A stretch of 64,000 nt of DNA, taken from a virus. Where the stretch lies: positions 1 through 64,000 of IMG/VR virus record IMGVR_UViG_3300044712_001906; one strand, given 5' to 3'. The notes under the pieces were generated by a model. It searched no databases. It had not been told where the DNA came from and was given only the letters and a program-made list of their open reading frames with translations. A program made the position numbers and the translations under genes. Each line of letters opens with the position of its first letter. Position 1 is the stretch's first letter. Of this stretch, positions 37,209-46,904 are shown piece after piece.

Positions 37209-37232
37209 GGTCTCGGCCCACCCCTTCCTGCG

Positions 37233-37661
37233 CTACGCCGTCTGCTCGTCGAACACGGTGATGCCGACGCCGCCGACGTCGGACATCAGCACGCCGCCGA
37301 GGCTCAGGTTCGTGCCGACGCTCTGGATGCGCGCGCCCTCGACCTTCAGGATCGGCGCGTCCTCCTTGCGGTTCCAGAGCTCGAGCGTCATCTTCGGGAA
37401 GCGCAGCACGTCGAGCGTGCCGCCCCGAGGCATGACGCCGAGCTCGCCGAACGAGCGCTTGTAGACGCGGACGAACCCGGCCGACCACGAGACGGAGCGC
37501 GCGTTGGGCACGTGCTCGATGGGGTCGATCTCTCCGAGCTCGCGCACCTCGGCGTGGTCGATCGTCTCGTTGACCGAGACGGACTGGCAGTGCCCGACCT
37601 TCCGGCCGTTGAACTTGAGCCAGGCGCCCGCCGAACCTACCGCACGTCCCTCGTCGGCCAT
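37233..37661 (-). CDS. Tail tube protein
   Basis: 142 aa after sheath; VGHCQSVSVNE...ELGEIDPIEHVP. Confidence 0.85.
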   Translation of the reverse strand: MADEGRAVGSAGAWLKFNGRKVGHCQSVSVNETIDHAEVRELGEIDPIEHVPNARSVSWSAGFVRVYKRSFGELGVMPRGGTLDVLRFPKMTLELWNRKEDAPILKVEGARIQSVGTNLSLGGVLMSDVGGVGITVFDEQTA

Positions 37662-37676
37662 GGTCTGACCTCCCTG

Positions 37677-39647
37677 CTACTGGATGACCGTCGTCGCGTG
37701 GACGGCGTGGCTGTTGAGCACGACGAACTTCTTCGTGATGCGCGGCGCGTAGTCCCAGTCGCCCACGAGCACTTCGCCCTCGTCGCGGATGGTCGCGGAG
37801 CGGTCGTCGAACGAGACGATCCGCCCGTCGGCCACCTGCTGACGGAGCACCTTCTTGAGCAGCGTGAGGGCGGCCGCGGCATCGGTGTCCTCGTCCGCCA
37901 CGAGGACGCGCATGGCCTCCCGGGTCTCGCGCACGTGTGTCAGGCAGCCCTCGACGGTTGCGCCGTCGCTGAGCGCCGGGTTGTCGTCCTCCTGCCAAGT
38001 CGTGAGGTCGTCCTCGACGCGCCAGCCGACCTCGTCCTCGGTCAGGATGACGGCGCGCATCTCGAGCATCTCCTCGACCTCGGACGCCGGCGTCCAGTCG
38101 GCGCCCTGCCGCACGCCGATGACGCGCGGGCGCTTCCAGGTGAGCGACGTGCCGACGTTGACCCCGGCCTGCATGCCGCAGAGCATGAGGGCGAGCCGAT
38201 TCGGCTCCACCCACGATCTGCGGCCGCGGTAGTCGACGAGCTCCACTTCCTGCGCCACGAGCTTCGCGTACTGCGAGTTGAGCCCGTTCAGGCGAGCGCG
38301 GATCTGGTCCCGGGTCTCGTCGGGCTCGGTGCCGAGCCAGGCCTGACGCTCCGAGCTGCCGGCGACGTCGACGCAGTGCGCGAGAGCCTTGGCGTGCACG
38401 GTCGAGTCCTGAGAGTCGAGCCAGAGCAGGTGGATGGGCAGGTTCTCGAGCGACGCGAGCGCGGTCTCGTAGTCGTCCGCGTCAGGAGCGGCGGCCGACC
38501 CGCCGGAAAGGTAGCTCGCCACCAGCGCCACCGGTGGCTTGGTCGCGTTCGCCGCCCGCTCCACCTCGACGAGCGAGGAGGCACCGAGGGCCGTCTCGAT
38601 CGCCCAGAGGTCAGCCTTGAGCGAGATCGTGGCGGCCTTGATGCTCCCTCCGGCCGTCTCGTCGAGCTCGTCGAGCCCGATGACGGCGGCCTTGGCGCTG
38701 ACGATGGTCGCGTCGAACCCCTTGCCGGAGTAGTGGTTGATGTGGTCGGCGGCATCCTTGGCCGTCGGGTACTGCGCGAGCTGCAGGTCGAACGCCCGGC
38801 CTTCGATGGTGAAGGTCGGCGCGGCGGCTCCTGTCTCGGCGAACACGATCGTCGTGACCGCGTTCCAGGACTTCGTCGACGTCTTGAAGACCGCGTCACC
38901 GGCAAGCCAGGTCAGCGTCTCCGTCTCCGGGGAGCCCGTGGCGCGGTTGATGCCGCTGATGACCGCCGTGAACTGCTTGTCGGCCGCGGGAGCGCCAGAC
39001 GGGGTGATCTTGATGGTCCCGTCGAACGCCATCTTGCTCGGCGTGTAGGTGCCGAGCGCGATGGTCGTCTTGGTGTAGCTGATGCGCAGGCCGGTCGAAG
39101 GCGCGTAGGTGAGCGCCATCGTCGTCGCCTCCGTCTCGTCGTAGGTGACCGACAGGACGAGGCCCGAGCCGATCTTGGTGAAGCGCTCCACCTTCGCGTC
39201 GCGCTCGAGGGTGTAGTCCCACTTCGTCGCGTCGCCGGTGTTGGCCGCGACCGTCACCTTGATGCGGTTGCCCGCGTAGCCCCATCGCTTCGCGTTGACG
39301 ACCAGGGATCCGGCGCCTCCGGCGTCGAGCAACGTCCTGGTCGCCTGCGTCGTGACGCCGGCGCCGACGAGGTAGACCCGCGACGGTGCGCCGCGCACGG
39401 CCTGGTCATTCGAGGGCGAGTAGATGATGTCGACGAGCTCCTTCAGGAGCTCGCTCCCGGGCTCGACGGCGAGGAGCGACGACGGGCTCATCGCCATGAC
39501 GGGCGCGGCCTGCTCGAGGAAGGGGAAGTCCCCCACGAGCGCCACAGACTTGCCTCCTGGCGACTGGCCGCCGAGGGCGGAGACGTCCGAGGTGCTGTAG
39601 ACGCCGGGGCGCCGGGTGACGCGACCGTTGACGTTGACCGAGCCCAT
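37677..39647 (-). CDS. Contractile tail sheath protein
   Basis: RRPGVYS N-terminus, WGYAGNRI, YLSGG, SLTWK, VEDDLTT. Confidence 0.92.
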   Translation of the reverse strand: MGSVNVNGRVTRRPGVYSTSDVSALGGQSPGGKSVALVGDFPFLEQAAPVMAMSPSSLLAVEPGSELLKELVDIIYSPSNDQAVRGAPSRVYLVGAGVTTQATRTLLDAGGAGSLVVNAKRWGYAGNRIKVTVAANTGDATKWDYTLERDAKVERFTKIGSGLVLSVTYDETEATTMALTYAPSTGLRISYTKTTIALGTYTPSKMAFDGTIKITPSGAPAADKQFTAVISGINRATGSPETETLTWLAGDAVFKTSTKSWNAVTTIVFAETGAAAPTFTIEGRAFDLQLAQYPTAKDAADHINHYSGKGFDATIVSAKAAVIGLDELDETAGGSIKAATISLKADLWAIETALGASSLVEVERAANATKPPVALVASYLSGGSAAAPDADDYETALASLENLPIHLLWLDSQDSTVHAKALAHCVDVAGSSERQAWLGTEPDETRDQIRARLNGLNSQYAKLVAQEVELVDYRGRRSWVEPNRLALMLCGMQAGVNVGTSLTWKRPRVIGVRQGADWTPASEVEEMLEMRAVILTEDEVGWRVEDDLTTWQEDDNPALSDGATVEGCLTHVRETREAMRVLVADEDTDAAAALTLLKKVLRQQVADGRIVSFDDRSATIRDEGEVLVGDWDYAPRITKKFVVLNSHAVHATTVIQ

Positions 39648-40277
39648 CTAGCCCTCCGTGACCGGATTGGCGCCGCCCTCGACGCCGTTGATGCGCACGC
39701 CCCTCGCGGCGATGAGGAGCGGCCTGCGAATGGTGACCGTCTGCGACGGTGACTGCTCTTTGGCCGTGGCCCGCCAGCGCTGGGTGCGCGAGAAGGGGAT
39801 CTGCGCCTCGAGGTTCGCCTCGAGCGCGAGGTCTCCGCCGCCCTCGAAGTGGACGTTGTCGTAGCCCGCGGAGATGAGGCTGAGCGTCGCGCGCATCATC
39901 AGGTGCCGCACGATGGTGTGGAGCGCCCGCGCCTGCTCCTGGCTCTCGCCGATGACCATGATGACGGCCACCTGGTCGATGAGCATGGAGAGCCACGTCC
40001 GGCCGTCGTCGTCCTCCTCCTCTTCGGAGAAGCCGAGGGCCTGCGACCGGTCGGTGTCCTCTTGGAGCAGCACGAGGACCTTGGGCGGCCCCTCGGGGTC
40101 GAGCTGGAAGCCCGAGGAGAAGTTCAGGCGGCCGGAGAGCGACGCGTGCCACTCCGCGATGACGTCGTCTGGCACGCGGCCTGAGAAGAGCCGTGCGAGG
40201 TCGTCGACGTTCCGCGACACGTCCGCCCACTCCTGTTGGAGCGCGGTCAGCACGTGCAGGTCGAAGAAGGCCGACAT
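39648..40277 (-). CDS. Tail completion/terminator-like protein
   Basis: Immediately upstream of sheath. Confidence 0.55.
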   Translation of the reverse strand: MSAFFDLHVLTALQQEWADVSRNVDDLARLFSGRVPDDVIAEWHASLSGRLNFSSGFQLDPEGPPKVLVLLQEDTDRSQALGFSEEEEDDDGRTWLSMLIDQVAVIMVIGESQEQARALHTIVRHLMMRATLSLISAGYDNVHFEGGGDLALEANLEAQIPFSRTQRWRATAKEQSPSQTVTIRRPLLIAARGVRINGVEGGANPVTEG

Positions 40278-40940
40278 CTACGGGATCTCCGACAGGATCT
40301 GCGGGATCTTCGCCAAGACCGCGGCGGCGATGTTCCGCGCCTTCACGCCCTTGACGATCCAGGGCTTGCCGCCCTGGGACATCGTCCGCCAATTGCGGTA
40401 GGTCGACTGCGTGGCGCCGGCGTAGGTCTTCTGCATCCGGACGAGACCGGCGAGCTTGCCTCCGCCGCCGAGCCGCCCGCCCCAGATCGTAGGACTACCC
40501 GGGGCCGACGTGGACGGCTTGAGCGCCTGCGCCGCCTTCACGGCGCCCTTGCCGCCGACCGCCGCGATGGACTGCTCGGTGAAGCCCTGCGGGATGTTCA
40601 CGTAGAACCACCCGCCCTTGGACATCTTGAGCGACTTCGTCCCGGGCTTGAGCACGAACTTGCGCAGGTCGAACTGCCCCTGCGTACCGATGCCGCCGGG
40701 TCCCATGCCGAGCTCGACGAGGCTCGGGAGCATCCCGGTGAGCGCGATCACGGCCTTGCTGCCCTTGATCGACTCGATGTTGATGCCGCGCTGGTAGGCC
40801 GCCAGCGTCGTGCCGAGGACGCGCGCCGCCTCGCGCTGCCAGAGGCCCACGACGGCGTGGGCGAGAGTGCTGATGCGCGACTTCTGCCCGGACTGGTCGA
40901 GGCCGAGGATCTTCGCGAGGTCGATGCGGGGGACGCCCAC
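40278..40940 (-). CDS. Neck/tail-completion virion morphogenesis protein
   Basis: Basic protein, LVELG...YRNWRTMS..W; neck-gene position. Confidence 0.55.
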   Translation of the reverse strand: MGVPRIDLAKILGLDQSGQKSRISTLAHAVVGLWQREAARVLGTTLAAYQRGINIESIKGSKAVIALTGMLPSLVELGMGPGGIGTQGQFDLRKFVLKPGTKSLKMSKGGWFYVNIPQGFTEQSIAAVGGKGAVKAAQALKPSTSAPGSPTIWGGRLGGGGKLAGLVRMQKTYAGATQSTYRNWRTMSQGGKPWIVKGVKARNIAAAVLAKIPQILSEIP

Positions 40941-40942
40941 GG

Positions 40943-41749
40943 CTACGCCCTCCCCGAGAAGTAGAAGTCGAGGCGCGCGTCGACCTGAACGGGGAGCATC
41001 GTCAGGAGGGGCTCAGGCGCCTTCGCGGCCACGCGCGTGACTCGCGTCACATGCGGGATGCTCTCGACGACGTACCTCGGATTCGTGAAGTAGGACGCGG
41101 CGAACCATCCGCCCACGGGAGGCGCGGTCCCGAGCGCGTCGCCCTTCGTCCAGTCGAGCTTGCCGTCGACGGTGACCTCGAAGTCCGTGCCGTCGGAGAG
41201 CTCTCCCGGCATCAGGACGCCGTCCTCGCCCGAGCGCCGGCAGTAGAGCACGGCGACGTCGAGGTTCTCCGGGACGGTCGGATCTGCCTCGGTCCCAACC
41301 TGGACGGTGTGCCGCACGATGGGCGCCCGCACCGCGTCGACGGTGCCCACGCGCTGGCGCACCTCGCGGTAGACCATGAAGTAGTCGAGGACCGTGAACC
41401 GGTCCTGGAAGCTCGGCAGATGCTCGCCGAGGAGCGTGATGCGCACCATCCCGTTCGCGTTGACGCCGTACTGCTCGATCTTGTCGTGCGTCTCCGCGCC
41501 CAGGACGACCGCGCGCACCTCGTTCGGCGAGTGGTAGATGAGGCCGCTCCCCTGGCACTCGATGCAGCCCTCGCGCGGCTCCGAGGTGGCCGCAGACCGT
41601 CCGGCCGACGAGAAGATGCGGCGGCAGGGGCACGCGGCGGCCTGCTCCCAGACGACGCGGAGCCCCTTCATCCAGATCTCGTCGCGGATCATCTTCGGAT
41701 CGATGTCGACCCGCATGGACTTGATGGGCTTGAGGCCGCGGAAGATCAC
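40943..41749 (-). CDS. Head closure/neck protein with Cys motifs
   Basis: WEQAAACPC...CIECQGSG. Confidence 0.6.
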   Translation of the reverse strand: MIFRGLKPIKSMRVDIDPKMIRDEIWMKGLRVVWEQAAACPCRRIFSSAGRSAATSEPREGCIECQGSGLIYHSPNEVRAVVLGAETHDKIEQYGVNANGMVRITLLGEHLPSFQDRFTVLDYFMVYREVRQRVGTVDAVRAPIVRHTVQVGTEADPTVPENLDVAVLYCRRSGEDGVLMPGELSDGTDFEVTVDGKLDWTKGDALGTAPPVGGWFAASYFTNPRYVVESIPHVTRVTRVAAKAPEPLLTMLPVQVDARLDFYFSGRA

Positions 41750-42504
41750 AGGATGCAGACCTCCATGCCGGTGTACTTGGCGCGGAGGGCGACGAGGACG
41801 TCCTCGAGGTGCTTGGCCTCCTGGATCATGCGGGCGCCGAAGCCCGCGTTGGTGCTGGAGTTGGCCGTCGTGATGTTCGTGCTCAGGCCGTCCATGCTGA
41901 CGGAGTAGGCCTGCAGTCCGGAGCCGGCCACGAGGTCGCCGGCGGTGTTCAGCACGAGGATGGAGGCCTTGATGCCGATGGCCCGCAGGATGAGCTCGTC
42001 GCGCTGCGCTGGGTCGTCCCAGTCGATGCCGGCGCGGTACTCGAACCCGACGAACTGCGGCGCGTAGCTCCGGCTCGTGAGGAAGGGTCCTGGACCGTAG
42101 GAGCTGAACCCGACGGCGGCCCCGGAGAACGACTGCTGTCCGGGGATGATCTGGAGCTGGCCCGCGATCGGGAACTGGACGTGGATCCAGCTGAGCGGCA
42201 GCTCCTGAGGCGCGGTGTCGCCGATCTGCAGGTACGCCCGGGTAACCTCGCGGACGGGCCGGTTGCGGAGCCTCGTGAGGTGGTAGGAGAGCTCGTCGCC
42301 GGCGAGGAGGTCGACGCGTTCGGTGAAGGCGTGGACGTCGTCGAGCACGATGCCGAGCCGGCTACCAACCTCGCTGATGGCCGACTCGATGCAGTGCGTG
42401 TAGTGGACGTCCGGATACTCCGTGCCGTCGTCGAGCGTCAGGTCGATGCCGACGAGGTGGGTGGCCTTCAGCCAGTCTGGCGTGACGATGTCGCGCAGGG
42501 CCAT
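41746..42504 (-). CDS. Head-tail adaptor
   Basis: LVGIDL...RPVREV...YRAG...YSVSMDGLS...GFGARM. Confidence 0.65.
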   Translation of the reverse strand: MALRDIVTPDWLKATHLVGIDLTLDDGTEYPDVHYTHCIESAISEVGSRLGIVLDDVHAFTERVDLLAGDELSYHLTRLRNRPVREVTRAYLQIGDTAPQELPLSWIHVQFPIAGQLQIIPGQQSFSGAAVGFSSYGPGPFLTSRSYAPQFVGFEYRAGIDWDDPAQRDELILRAIGIKASILVLNTAGDLVAGSGLQAYSVSMDGLSTNITTANSSTNAGFGARMIQEAKHLEDVLVALRAKYTGMEVCIL

Positions 42505-42529
42505 CGGGCCACCCCCTCCACGGTCAGAC

Positions 42530-43438
42530 CTAGGCGGGCATCACTTCGGCGGTGAAGTCGGTCAGGGTCAGGGTGTTGCCGGCGTTGTTGCTCGAGGCGA
42601 GCGCCGTCACGACGACGTCCACCGTGCCGGTGGTGTCGATGGCCCCGGCGACGTTGAAGGTCGAGATGGGCGTGGCGCCATCGGGCACGGTGAGCCCGTA
42701 GCTGTTGAACTTGCCCCCGGCGCCGACGTCGGTGATCTGGGCGTCCGCCTCGAAGTAGATGGCCTCGCCCACGCCGGCGTTCGCCAGGGCGCCCGAGTCG
42801 ACGATCACCTCGCCCAGGAGGCCGCCGACGCGCACGCGGACGCGCCAGGTGTCGACTGCGTTGAAGCCGAGCGCGCCCACGTAGCCCTTGACCCGCACCT
42901 TCCGGCGGGCGGTGCCGACGGAGGCCGCCGTCAGCGTGAGCGTGGCGAGCACCTTCTCGGCGTCGAACCCGTCGTCGCCAGCGGCGTCCGCGTCCTCGGC
43001 CATCGCCAGCTTGAGGAGCGGCGTGTTGGTCGCGTAGACGGTGGAGTCCTTGCACTGCACGCCGTCTGCCGTCACGCCGGCGCCCGGCGTCTTCTCGATG
43101 AGCGTGTCGGTCTTGACCGTCGAGTCCTTGAGGAGCACGCCGTCGACGGTGACGCCCGCGGCGGGGGTGTGCTCGCCGATGGTGTCGGCCTTGACCGTCC
43201 CGGCGGAGTCGATGTTGCCGACGTCGTCGACGTTCTGCCCGTTCAGGTCGAGGGCCTCGTCGAGGGCCGCGAACACGGCCAGGATGGAGGCCTTCGTGAC
43301 GCCGGCGACGAGGGTGTCCATCTCCGCGCGGAGCTGCCGGACGCGCTCGAAGATGCGGAAGCGGCCGAAGAGGCCGTTGCTCCGGTCGAGCTCTTCCACC
43401 TGGTCGACGGTGAGGTTGGTTCCGGTGGGATCGGCCAT
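42530..43438 (-). CDS. Head decoration/fibre-like protein
   Basis: Tandem DTI.E.TP.AGVT.DGV..KD repeats; follows capsid. Confidence 0.55.
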   Translation of the reverse strand: MADPTGTNLTVDQVEELDRSNGLFGRFRIFERVRQLRAEMDTLVAGVTKASILAVFAALDEALDLNGQNVDDVGNIDSAGTVKADTIGEHTPAAGVTVDGVLLKDSTVKTDTLIEKTPGAGVTADGVQCKDSTVYATNTPLLKLAMAEDADAAGDDGFDAEKVLATLTLTAASVGTARRKVRVKGYVGALGFNAVDTWRVRVRVGGLLGEVIVDSGALANAGVGEAIYFEADAQITDVGAGGKFNSYGLTVPDGATPISTFNVAGAIDTTGTVDVVVTALASSNNAGNTLTLTDFTAEVMPA

Positions 43439-43453
43439 GTTCGTCGTCTCCTG

Positions 43454-43756
43454 CTACTGACGCCGCTTGCCGCGGCCTTGCTTGTGCGTGTTCGGGCTGA
43501 GGTGTGCGGAAGCGGAAAGGGGTGCCGCCACGGCCGCCGCCGGGGTGGGGGCGGAGGCGTTGCCGACGGCGGCATCCCGCTCGGTGTGGCTCGGCGCAGA
43601 GTCGACGAGCCGATAGTTGCGGTGCTCGGCGAGCTTCGCCCGCGTCGCCGCGTCGGGCTGCGGATCCAGGGTGCCGTCCGCACCGACGGAGTAGAGGAGC
43701 GAGCCGATCGTGATCGACCCGCTCCTCATCCTCACGTGCTGGACCAGCGTGGCCAC
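43454..43756 (-). CDS. Small hypothetical virion protein
   Basis: GTG 43756 with GAGGAG RBS; basic C-terminus. Confidence 0.6.
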   Translation of the reverse strand: MATLVQHVRMRSGSITIGSLLYSVGADGTLDPQPDAATRAKLAEHRNYRLVDSAPSHTERDAAVGNASAPTPAAAVAAPLSASAHLSPNTHKQGRGKRRQ

Positions 43757-43767
43757 CCGGTCACTCC

Positions 43768-45252
43768 TCAGAGGGTGAGCGAGACGTTCGTCCAGACCTT
43801 GTGCTTGCGCGGCGCGCGGACGTGCGGCGCCTTGAAGAGCATGGTCATGAACGGCTTGCTCGTGGCGACCTCCGCCAGCGGGCGGCGGATGACCGGGAGC
43901 AGGTTCGCGACGTAGAGCGAGTCGGGGTTCGTCTCGAGCGCGTAGACGTCGCTCGTGCCCGGGATGGACCGGTTCTCGTCGTAGAAGCCCGTCGAGTCGC
44001 CGCCCGTGCCGAGGAGGTTGCGCGCGAAGCGGCCGATGTACTTGCACGTGCTCGCGTCGCCGTCCTTGGCCGACCGGTAGACCTCGTAGAAGCGGACCGA
44101 GTAGTCGCCCGAGGTCGGCGCGTCCGAGTCCTCGATGTCGATGAACACGCGGTCGCCGCTGGCCACCGTGACCGGACCCTTCGTGATGGGCGCCGCGCTG
44201 CCCTTGTCGCCCACGGCCACGATCTTGTAGTAGTAGTCGCCCAGGTCGGCGGCCTTGAAGTTCGTGTCCCCGCCCGCGTTCGGGCTGGTCAGCGTGATGT
44301 CCCCGCCGGCGACCACGGTCGGCGCCTTGCCGGAGGCGGTGGCCTTCGGGGTCTGCGCGTGGCGGATCATGGGGGTGGGCATGAGCGGGATGGCCTCGCC
44401 CGTCGGACCGACGATGGAGAGCCGCCCGGCGTTGAAGGTCAGCATCGTGCCCGGGCCGAGGTCCATGGTCTGGAGCCGCGCCGAGGACTGCGAGAAGAGG
44501 CCGAGCAGGTTGCCGATGAGGGTCGTCGGCATGAGGATGGTGTCGACGTGCCCGTAGTACGGGTCGTCGGCGAGCTCGAAGATGCCCGAGACGAAGTCCG
44601 CGAGCTGGAGCTTGCCGCCGTCGGCGTCCACGACGTTGCCGCCCGCCACGATCTGCTTGCGGATGCCGTCGAACTCGAGGGGGCTCATGGCGGTGTCGCC
44701 GTCGAAGAGCGACCGCTCGTACTTGCGCGAGAGGGACTGGACTGCCGCGCTCGTCTGGAAGTCGAGACCCGACTTGCTCACCTGCCCGCGGCCGAGGATG
44801 TCGGTGACCGCCGCGACGTCGGTGATGGACCGCTGGACGCCCAGGTACTTGATGCGGGCGATCTTGCGGTTGATCTCCGACTCCTCCTGCTCGGTCGTGC
44901 CGCCCTCGGCGAACGCCGCCGGGATGCCGTCGTCGCCGAACTGGGTCACGGTCGCGACCTCGTAGAGGGGCGAGCCGACGGCCTTCTCCTTCAGGAGCTT
45001 CTGCAGGACGAGGTCCTTGTCCTGGAAGGTCTCCGAGGTCCACTGCGTGTCGATCGCCTGCGTGACGAGCGGGGTGAAGGCGTCCGTGAACTCCTGACCC
45101 TGCAGGATGTTCGACACGTCGGCCTTGTAGAGCGGCTCGAGCTGCGGCAGCGCCTTCAGGAGCTGCTGCTGCGTCGGAGACGCCTTCGCCATGGCGACCG
45201 CGGCGCGGATCGCCTGGAACTCCTCGAAGCTGATGGTTCCGTGCCCTTCCAT
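43768..45252 (-). CDS. Major capsid protein (HK97 fold with inserted FN3-like domain; SPO1/Twort-like)
   Basis: AFAEGG...IKYLG...ERSLFDGD...EFDGI...DADG; YYYKIVAV insertion; follows scaffold. Confidence 0.88.
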   Translation of the reverse strand: MEGHGTISFEEFQAIRAAVAMAKASPTQQQLLKALPQLEPLYKADVSNILQGQEFTDAFTPLVTQAIDTQWTSETFQDKDLVLQKLLKEKAVGSPLYEVATVTQFGDDGIPAAFAEGGTTEQEESEINRKIARIKYLGVQRSITDVAAVTDILGRGQVSKSGLDFQTSAAVQSLSRKYERSLFDGDTAMSPLEFDGIRKQIVAGGNVVDADGGKLQLADFVSGIFELADDPYYGHVDTILMPTTLIGNLLGLFSQSSARLQTMDLGPGTMLTFNAGRLSIVGPTGEAIPLMPTPMIRHAQTPKATASGKAPTVVAGGDITLTSPNAGGDTNFKAADLGDYYYKIVAVGDKGSAAPITKGPVTVASGDRVFIDIEDSDAPTSGDYSVRFYEVYRSAKDGDASTCKYIGRFARNLLGTGGDSTGFYDENRSIPGTSDVYALETNPDSLYVANLLPVIRRPLAEVATSKPFMTMLFKAPHVRAPRKHKVWTNVSLTL

Positions 45253-45276
45253 GTTCCTGCGCTCCTTCTGCTCGGC

Positions 45277-46017
45277 CTAGAGGCCGTACTTGGTGATGAC
45301 GGCCGCCGGGTCCGAGCCCGGGCGATCGATGTCTCGCGCTGCCTTCTTGAGCTCCTCACGGCGCTCGCTGGTCGTGTCGCTCGCCTTGATGAGCGCCACG
45401 ATCTTGCTGGCCACCTTGTCGCGGTCCTCGTTGGTCGGGACCGTCTGGGCGGACGGAGCGGCCGGCGTCCCCTTCGCGATCTGCTCGCCCGGTGGCGGCT
45501 GGATGACGACGTCGGCGACGTTCACGACGGCCTTGCCCGGGCGGGGCTCGGCCACGGCCTTCTCGAGCTCCCCGACCTTCGCGTGCAGCGAAGTGACGGT
45601 CTGGATGCTCGTCGCGACGGCCTTCACGAGCTCGCGGTGCGTGGCGCCGACGATCTCGAGGGCCTTGAAGAGCCCGGCGGCGCGGAGCATGGACGCGCCC
45701 TTGGCGGCCTGCTCCTCTTCGTCCTCGTCGCCGTCGTCGTCGGACGTGGCCTTGCCGTCCTCGTCGACCTTGCCGCCGCACTTGCCGCAGCACTTCTCCT
45801 CGGCCTTGGCGAGGCGCGCGGCCTCGTTGGTCGAGTCGAGGGCCTTGGCGACCTCCTCGAGGTGCCGGTCGAGCGCGGCCGGGTCGAGGTCGTTGAGCGG
45901 GTCGGTCTCCGCCTTGCACAGCCCGGCGGTGATCTGGGTCTGGACGATGGAGTCGATGAGGTCGGCTGCGAGGCCGCCCTTGGCCAGCGACTCGCGAAGC
46001 TCCTTCTCGGTCGGCAT
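45277..46017 (-). CDS. Scaffold protein
   Basis: Charged helical protein between protease and capsid; ten [LVI]xK[AG] motifs. Confidence 0.75.
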   Translation of the reverse strand: MPTEKELRESLAKGGLAADLIDSIVQTQITAGLCKAETDPLNDLDPAALDRHLEEVAKALDSTNEAARLAKAEEKCCGKCGGKVDEDGKATSDDDGDEDEEEQAAKGASMLRAAGLFKALEIVGATHRELVKAVATSIQTVTSLHAKVGELEKAVAEPRPGKAVVNVADVVIQPPPGEQIAKGTPAAPSAQTVPTNEDRDKVASKIVALIKASDTTSERREELKKAARDIDRPGSDPAAVITKYGL

Positions 46018-46844
46018 CAGCGGTACTCCTGCGCGTCGCGCAGCAACTGGATTGCCGCCTCGCGGTTGAATTCCTCCGGGAGCCGGCGGACCACGCGGGC
46101 GATGAGCACGTCGACCGGTTCGAGCCCCTTGCAGAGGCGCGCCCAGTCGATGCCTGCCCTGGCGGCCGCGGCCTTCGCGATCGCGTCAGCGGCAGGCGAC
46201 TCCTCGCGGAGCTGCGGCAGCGGACAGCCCGCCTTGGCCCACTCCTCGAGGCTCTGGTGACCCGTGCGCGCGAGGTGGGCCGTCATGCCGGCGGCCATCA
46301 CGTCGAGCCACGAGTCGAAGTTGCGCGGCGCGGGGTCCACGGCGACCGTCAGGACACGCGCCTTCGTGATGCGCTTGCGGTCCGATGGGTCGCGCTCGAG
46401 GATCTCGCCCTCGACGGAGAAGCCCAGGCGCGTCCTCGCGCCCGACTTCGCCATGCCCTTGGCCGTCTCCCAGGCCTTACGCCCGAGCGGGTTCCAGAGG
46501 AACAGCTGCCCGCGCATCTTCATCGCGGCGACGCCGTCGTCGGTCAGAGTCGGGCTGATGTCGAGGGGCTCGCCGCAGATGTTGTCGTTGCGGGCGGGGT
46601 GGCCGTAGGAGATCTTCCCGAACGACTTGAAGAACGACCAGTCGATCCCGGACTGCACGACGACCTCGTCGTCGGCGTCGCGGCGCTCCGAGGTGATGAT
46701 CCCCGACACGCGGCCGTGGTCCTCGTCACCGAGCGGCGACTGTGTGCCAGCCTTCTCGATGGGATCGCCGGCCTTCTCGAACGGCTCCGCGTCGAACGGG
46801 AGCCACGAGTAGAAGCGATCGGGCTGGGTGCGGAGGGTCGCCAT
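46017..46844 (-). CDS. Prohead protease
   Basis: GIITSERRDADDEVV..GIDW, YGH, LGFSVEG, VAVDPAPRN. Confidence 0.88.
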   Translation of the reverse strand: MATLRTQPDRFYSWLPFDAEPFEKAGDPIEKAGTQSPLGDEDHGRVSGIITSERRDADDEVVVQSGIDWSFFKSFGKISYGHPARNDNICGEPLDISPTLTDDGVAAMKMRGQLFLWNPLGRKAWETAKGMAKSGARTRLGFSVEGEILERDPSDRKRITKARVLTVAVDPAPRNFDSWLDVMAAGMTAHLARTGHQSLEEWAKAGCPLPQLREESPAADAIAKAAAARAGIDWARLCKGLEPVDVLIARVVRRLPEEFNREAAIQLLRDAQEYR

Positions 46845-46852
46845 GCCCCCCG

Positions 46853-46883
46853 ATTCAGGGGGCACGTTTCAGGGGGCGTTAAG
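46853..46883 (-). promoter_or_regulatory. Putative late promoter copy 2: CTTAACGCC-N12-CCCCCTGAAT
   Basis: Conserved motif 8 nt before the protease ATG. Confidence 0.65.
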
Positions 46884-46904
46884 TCGACCCATCACCACCC
46901 GACG

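Noticed and set aside
19740-39647. Stand-alone contractile injection system or tailocin
   Set aside because: The tail genes are contiguous with capsid, portal, protease, integrase and replication genes, so this is a complete phage
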